A stretch of 64,000 nt of DNA. Origin: Flavobacteriales bacterium. GTDB taxonomy: Bacteria; Bacteroidota; Bacteroidia; Flavobacteriales_D; CAJJDF01. This document shows positions 60,346-64,000 of this stretch, in pieces; position 1 is the first letter of the stretch, and the number at the start of each line of letters is the position of its first letter. A program made the translations under genes and the position numbers. The notes beneath the pieces are model-generated. The model was not told where the DNA came from, did not search any database, and worked only from the letters and a program-made list of their open reading frames with translations. The DNA lies in contig CBFHVI010000010.1 of the NCBI GenBank assembly GCA_965658995.1, forward strand, positions 4,581-68,580. The letters run 5' to 3'.

Positions 60346-60753
60346 TTGAAAAAAGCTCTAGACTATATTACCAATAGTTCGATTGCTATTATTGGCCTGT
60401 ATTTATTTGCTTTTGCTGTATTGGGTGCCTATCTCAGTGTATCTGTATTATTGATCGATACATGGAAAGCGACCATGTTTTTATTGGTTTCAACACTTGG
60501 AATAATGGGCTTCGGTGGAATTGCCTTGTTATTCTTTTATCCAAGCGAAAAGTACCTACGACTTACTTTTTATCTGCTTTGCTGCGGATTATTGTCTTTC
60601 GTCTGTTTGATTTTTATTTCAGGTTATTCTGTCGAAAGCCTGATAGATTTGCTTACAGATAAATACGAGTATCCAGAGAATGCTATTTTTCTTTGGTTTA
60701 TTTCCCTTTCTATATTTTATACCATTAAAGTAGGGATAAAATCCTATCGTTAA
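60346..60753 (+). CDS. hypothetical 4-TM membrane protein
   Basis: 135-aa hydrophobic ORF. The apparent start is TTG 60346; no motif recognised. Confidence 0.45.
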   Translation: MKKALDYITNSSIAIIGLYLFAFAVLGAYLSVSVLLIDTWKATMFLLVSTLGIMGFGGIALLFFYPSEKYLRLTFYLLCCGLLSFVCLIFISGYSVESLIDLLTDKYEYPENAIFLWFISLSIFYTIKVGIKSYR

Positions 60754-61826
60754 GAGGTTTGAGTAAGCATTATTCGACTTGCTTCAAAAGGCGAAATTTC
60801 CCCATTCAGAACTAATTCCTCTAACTCTTTCAATTTATTGCTTGTTTCTTTTCCTTGGTAAAAGGAGGTAAGAATCTGATGATGTAGGAATTTGTAGAAC
60901 CAATCCTTGGTTTGTCTCTTTCTATTACGGTCAAAATAACCAGTAGTTTTGGTTTTAATTACGTAAGAATTAATAATATCCCAAGCCTCTTTTATCCCAG
61001 TTTCTTCTAGAGCAGAACATAGTTCAACTTTCGGGATCCAGTCACTTTCTTTGGCAGGAAATAAATGAAGCGCATTTGCATACTCTCTTTTGGCTTGTTT
61101 GGCTTTCACCAAATTGTCTCCTTCCGCTTTGTTGATGAGGATGGCATCCGCCATTTCCATGATTCCCCTTTTTATTCCTTGCAATTCATCGCCTGCTCCA
61201 GCAATCATCAAGAGCAAGAAAAAGTCTGTCATGGAATATACTTCTGTTTCAGATTGGCCAACCCCCACAGTCTCTACTAGAATAATATCAAAACCAGCAG
61301 CTTCACACAAAATAATGGTTTCTTGTGTTTTTTGTCCCACGCCACCCAAAGTTTTGCCTGAGGCAGAAGGGCGAATGTATGCCTGGTTATTTACCGCCAA
61401 CTTAGCCATTCTTGTCTTGTCTCCTAAGATGCTTCCACGAGATTGTTGCGAGGTAGGATCTATAGCTAATACTGCTACTTTCTTTCCAAGAGAAGTGAGG
61501 AAAGTCCCAAAAGTTTCAATGAATGTGCTCTTTCCAACACCTGGAACCCCAGTAATCCCAATACGAACGGATTGACCACTCTTTGGTAAACATTCATTAA
61601 TGATTTGTTGGCCTAGGCTTTGATGTTCCGTCTTGCTACTCTCTATCAATGTGATAGCTTGGCTCAGAACAATTGTATTACCTTGGTCAATTCCTTCTTT
61701 GTAATAGTTGAGTGGTTGAAGTTTCAGAGTAAAAGGTTTTTTATTGTAGGACCAATTTACGAGTTTTCTTTCCTTTTTTTGAAATAACAGTAACGAAATA
61801 AACTCCTTTTTTGAAATTTGAGACAT
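60750..61826 (-). CDS. meaB: methylmalonyl-CoA-mutase-associated G3E GTPase MeaB/ArgK
   Basis: ITLIESSK, P-loop GITGVPGVGKSTFIE, VETVGVGQSE, INKAEGDN. The start is uncertain: ATG 61826 or 61877, and both overlap the upstream gene. Confidence 0.85.
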   Translation of the reverse strand: MSQISKKEFISLLLFQKKERKLVNWSYNKKPFTLKLQPLNYYKEGIDQGNTIVLSQAITLIESSKTEHQSLGQQIINECLPKSGQSVRIGITGVPGVGKSTFIETFGTFLTSLGKKVAVLAIDPTSQQSRGSILGDKTRMAKLAVNNQAYIRPSASGKTLGGVGQKTQETIILCEAAGFDIILVETVGVGQSETEVYSMTDFFLLLMIAGAGDELQGIKRGIMEMADAILINKAEGDNLVKAKQAKREYANALHLFPAKESDWIPKVELCSALEETGIKEAWDIINSYVIKTKTTGYFDRNRKRQTKDWFYKFLHHQILTSFYQGKETSNKLKELEELVLNGEISPFEASRIMLTQTS

Positions 61827-64000
61827 CAAGCGAAGTGGAGTAGGAGTCCGATACAATATCTTGGACAATTTTTCCAAATATATCAGAAACTACAATTCTA
61901 CTTGGATTTTCTATTTCGTTTGTTTGCACAGTCACTAGTTGGTCGGCAGGGTTGGGATATAAGTGAAAATCAATATCAACTTTTTCTTCGCCAAGGGACA
62001 ATGTTCCAATTCCTTCCGTAAAAAACGTTAGTCCTCCTTTGAGGTTACCAATTAGCAAATCTAATTTCCCATCATTTTTATAATCATACACGGTAGGAGA
62101 TGAAAACAACCCATAGGTGTAATTATCAATAACTGTATCAATAATAAAGGTTTGTCTCGGATTGGCAGGATTTATTCCGGTAAATTTAAAAATCCCACCT
62201 GATTGTCCACCGCAGTATAAATAGGTTGTTCCGCTTTCTCTATAAAATTTTGGAGTTGCATATCCGGTCGAGGCACCATAAATATCCCAAATTTCATGAA
62301 TTTCTACTCGTCCCATCGTGTCAGTAATTTTCTTGAAGCTATAAGATGAGGGAGTCCCTATATTTTCGTAATAACGAATGCCACCATTTACTTTTCCAAT
62401 GATTAAATCTAAATCTGAATCATTGTCATAATCGAAGAGTTGCGGGGACGAAAACTGACCAACATCAATGGTATCGCCCAGATGGTCTTGGAATCTAGCA
62501 CTTGTCAATACGAAGTTGGCTACATTTCCGGCACCTGCTGTGTTCGTAAAAAAATGAAGGTAACCTTCACTGTTTCCCAAAATCATATCTTGATCTCCAT
62601 CATTATCTATGTCTCCAAAAGTTGGTTCTAGAGATTTTCCTAGTCTCAATGTATCCAAAGAATGATAGTTATCTGTCACAAACTCAAAACTTGGGGCGGT
62701 AGCCGTACCAATATTTTTGTACAGAGAAATTTTACAATCATACACAATACTATCTCTATTGAAGTAGCCGTAATTGGAAACGATAATATCCATCAATCCA
62801 TCGGAATTGTAATCAAAAAACTCAGGAATTGCTTTGTCTCCCAAGTCAATATACTGATCTTGAAAAAGATTTTTTCGCTGAAAGTTAAAGATTGGAGATC
62901 GATTGGTTCCGGAATTCTTATAAAACCAAATTTGGTTATAGTTCTCGGCAAGCTCTGTTGTGTTGGGCGCAACTATTAAATCATTCAGTCCATCATTGTC
63001 TACATCTTCTATGTAGGAAGCGGGAAATAACATCACATCAACAGACGTGTCGTAAGAGGGATAGGCTGTGTCCTGAAGGGTGATACAAGAATTTTGATCT
63101 GGCAATATCCCGCCATTTTGAGCCAATACAAGATTGTTAAACGTTACGTCACCTAATAGCAAATCTGTCACGCTATCACCATTGTTGTCAAAAGCGGTAA
63201 TTGTAGAACCAATATGTCTTGAATTTCCCCCCATAGGTCTGCTCCCTGTTCCTATTGCTGGTTGGGTTCCTAGTTCTGCTCCTGGAACGTTGAAATTGCA
63301 AGTGTCAAATAATTCTAGCTTGTTGGTACTGATCCCAATTTCTAAGAAACATCCCCAGCAATAATTTCTTAGTTCAAAATCCAAAGAATCACTGTTTCCT
63401 GTTCTTTCTACCGCCAAGTTTTTGTGATATTCGATAGAAACCCCCAATACTCCGAAAGTCAATATATCTAGATCTCCATCTCCATTGACATCATAAATGG
63501 CAGGAATGTCTTCATTTGGTATATACAAAGGAATAATACCTCCCGGATATTGGGGTCCAGCCACAGCATTCGAATAGAGTGAAAACTCCAATGATGAACT
63601 CGAAATATTGGTTGAGACACTCAAGTTTCCACCAGATAAACAATAAAACACGTCTTTCTTTCCGTCATTGTTATAGTCTCTCATCAACATCCAGCCTCTT
63701 GATTCGGGAAATTTTTGTTTGTAAACAGGAGCATATTTGTAGAAGACAATTCCTGTACCTCCCATATTTACTAATGGTGTTACTTGTTTGTCGGCTCTGT
63801 CAAAAGCTATCAAGTCCTCTTTTCCGTCTAAATTTAAATCCACGCGCGAGAATTGAGGAGCATTAAATCCACCACACCAGGGCATTTCCATAACTTGAGA
63901 GTTTTTCGTTACTGTAAATTCTGAATTTGGTAAAAATGTAACTTGACTCAATAAGCTAGTGGAAAGAAACAACAATAAAAGTGGTGTTTTTAGGATAGTT
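61741..64000 (-). CDS. FG-GAP/VCBS-repeat protein with T9SS C-terminal sorting domain, 5'-partial
   Basis: Repeated DxNxDGxxD Ca-binding-like motifs (DLNLDGKEDL, DYNNDGKKDV, DVNGDGDLDI, DIDNDGDQDM, DYDNDSDLDL). C-terminus LYPNPADQLVTVQ...GVYFVTVISKKGKKTRKLVLQ. The frame stays open to nt 64000 (..ILKTPLLLLLFLSTSLL looks like the signal peptide), so the true start is beyond the window. Confidence 0.85.
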   Translation of the reverse strand, partial: TILKTPLLLLFLSTSLLSQVTFLPNSEFTVTKNSQVMEMPWCGGFNAPQFSRVDLNLDGKEDLIAFDRADKQVTPLVNMGGTGIVFYKYAPVYKQKFPESRGWMLMRDYNNDGKKDVFYCLSGGNLSVSTNISSSSLEFSLYSNAVAGPQYPGGIIPLYIPNEDIPAIYDVNGDGDLDILTFGVLGVSIEYHKNLAVERTGNSDSLDFELRNYCWGCFLEIGISTNKLELFDTCNFNVPGAELGTQPAIGTGSRPMGGNSRHIGSTITAFDNNGDSVTDLLLGDVTFNNLVLAQNGGILPDQNSCITLQDTAYPSYDTSVDVMLFPASYIEDVDNDGLNDLIVAPNTTELAENYNQIWFYKNSGTNRSPIFNFQRKNLFQDQYIDLGDKAIPEFFDYNSDGLMDIIVSNYGYFNRDSIVYDCKISLYKNIGTATAPSFEFVTDNYHSLDTLRLGKSLEPTFGDIDNDGDQDMILGNSEGYLHFFTNTAGAGNVANFVLTSARFQDHLGDTIDVGQFSSPQLFDYDNDSDLDLIIGKVNGGIRYYENIGTPSSYSFKKITDTMGRVEIHEIWDIYGASTGYATPKFYRESGTTYLYCGGQSGGIFKFTGINPANPRQTFIIDTVIDNYTYGLFSSPTVYDYKNDGKLDLLIGNLKGGLTFFTEGIGTLSLGEEKVDIDFHLYPNPADQLVTVQTNEIENPSRIVVSDIFGKIVQDIVSDSYSTSLDVSNFKKGVYFVTVISKKGKKTRKLVLQ

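Overview
AT-rich, very tightly packed chromosomal segment that looks like a Flavobacteriia-type Bacteroidota genome. Supporting this: no Shine-Dalgarno motifs ahead of genes, TAnnTTTG-like -7 boxes, a T9SS C-terminal sorting domain, menaquinone genes and the rplQ-carA-eno gene order. nt 1-9631 is the distal part of the ribosomal-protein super-operon: rplN (5' partial), rplX, rplE, rpsN, rpsH, rplF, rplR, rpsE, rpmD, rplO, secY, map, infA, rpmJ, rpsM, rpsK, rpsD, rpoA, rplQ. Two of these genes are under 60 aa and absent from the ORF track; I located them by eye (rpmD 3436-3612, rpmJ 6487-6603). After that come carA and eno, then a disrupted beta-barrel outer-membrane-protein gene. Next is a peptide-harvesting neighbourhood (two M1 metallopeptidases and a POT peptide transporter), a 1205-aa TraB/GumN-domain protein and a CapD-like sugar dehydratase. 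Further on are envelope genes (AsmA-like, PD40/OmpA), priA, several DUF-type genes, a thiolase and ribE. The most unusual locus is 41.6-48.9 kb. It starts with a 615-nt non-coding leader. This is followed by a 1692-aa ORF that fuses a complete cation-chloride-cotransporter (CCC/SLC12-type) permease to a roughly 960-aa coiled-coil tail. The tail ends in a degenerate P-loop NTPase-like module. A small MscS-like channel gene is coupled to it by a TAATG overlap, and a convergent J-domain membrane protein shares a TTAA stop with the channel gene. The remainder is yceD-rpmF-plsX, a membrane-protein trio with a shared lipoprotein N-terminal motif, and a divergent menaquinone locus (menE-menC-menA versus menG/ubiE-menD-menB-polyprenyl synthase). 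The window ends with meaB and a 5'-partial FG-GAP/T9SS protein. By eye I found no rRNA, tRNA, CRISPR array, transposase or integrase. All functional calls come from recognising motifs in the supplied translations; no database search was run.
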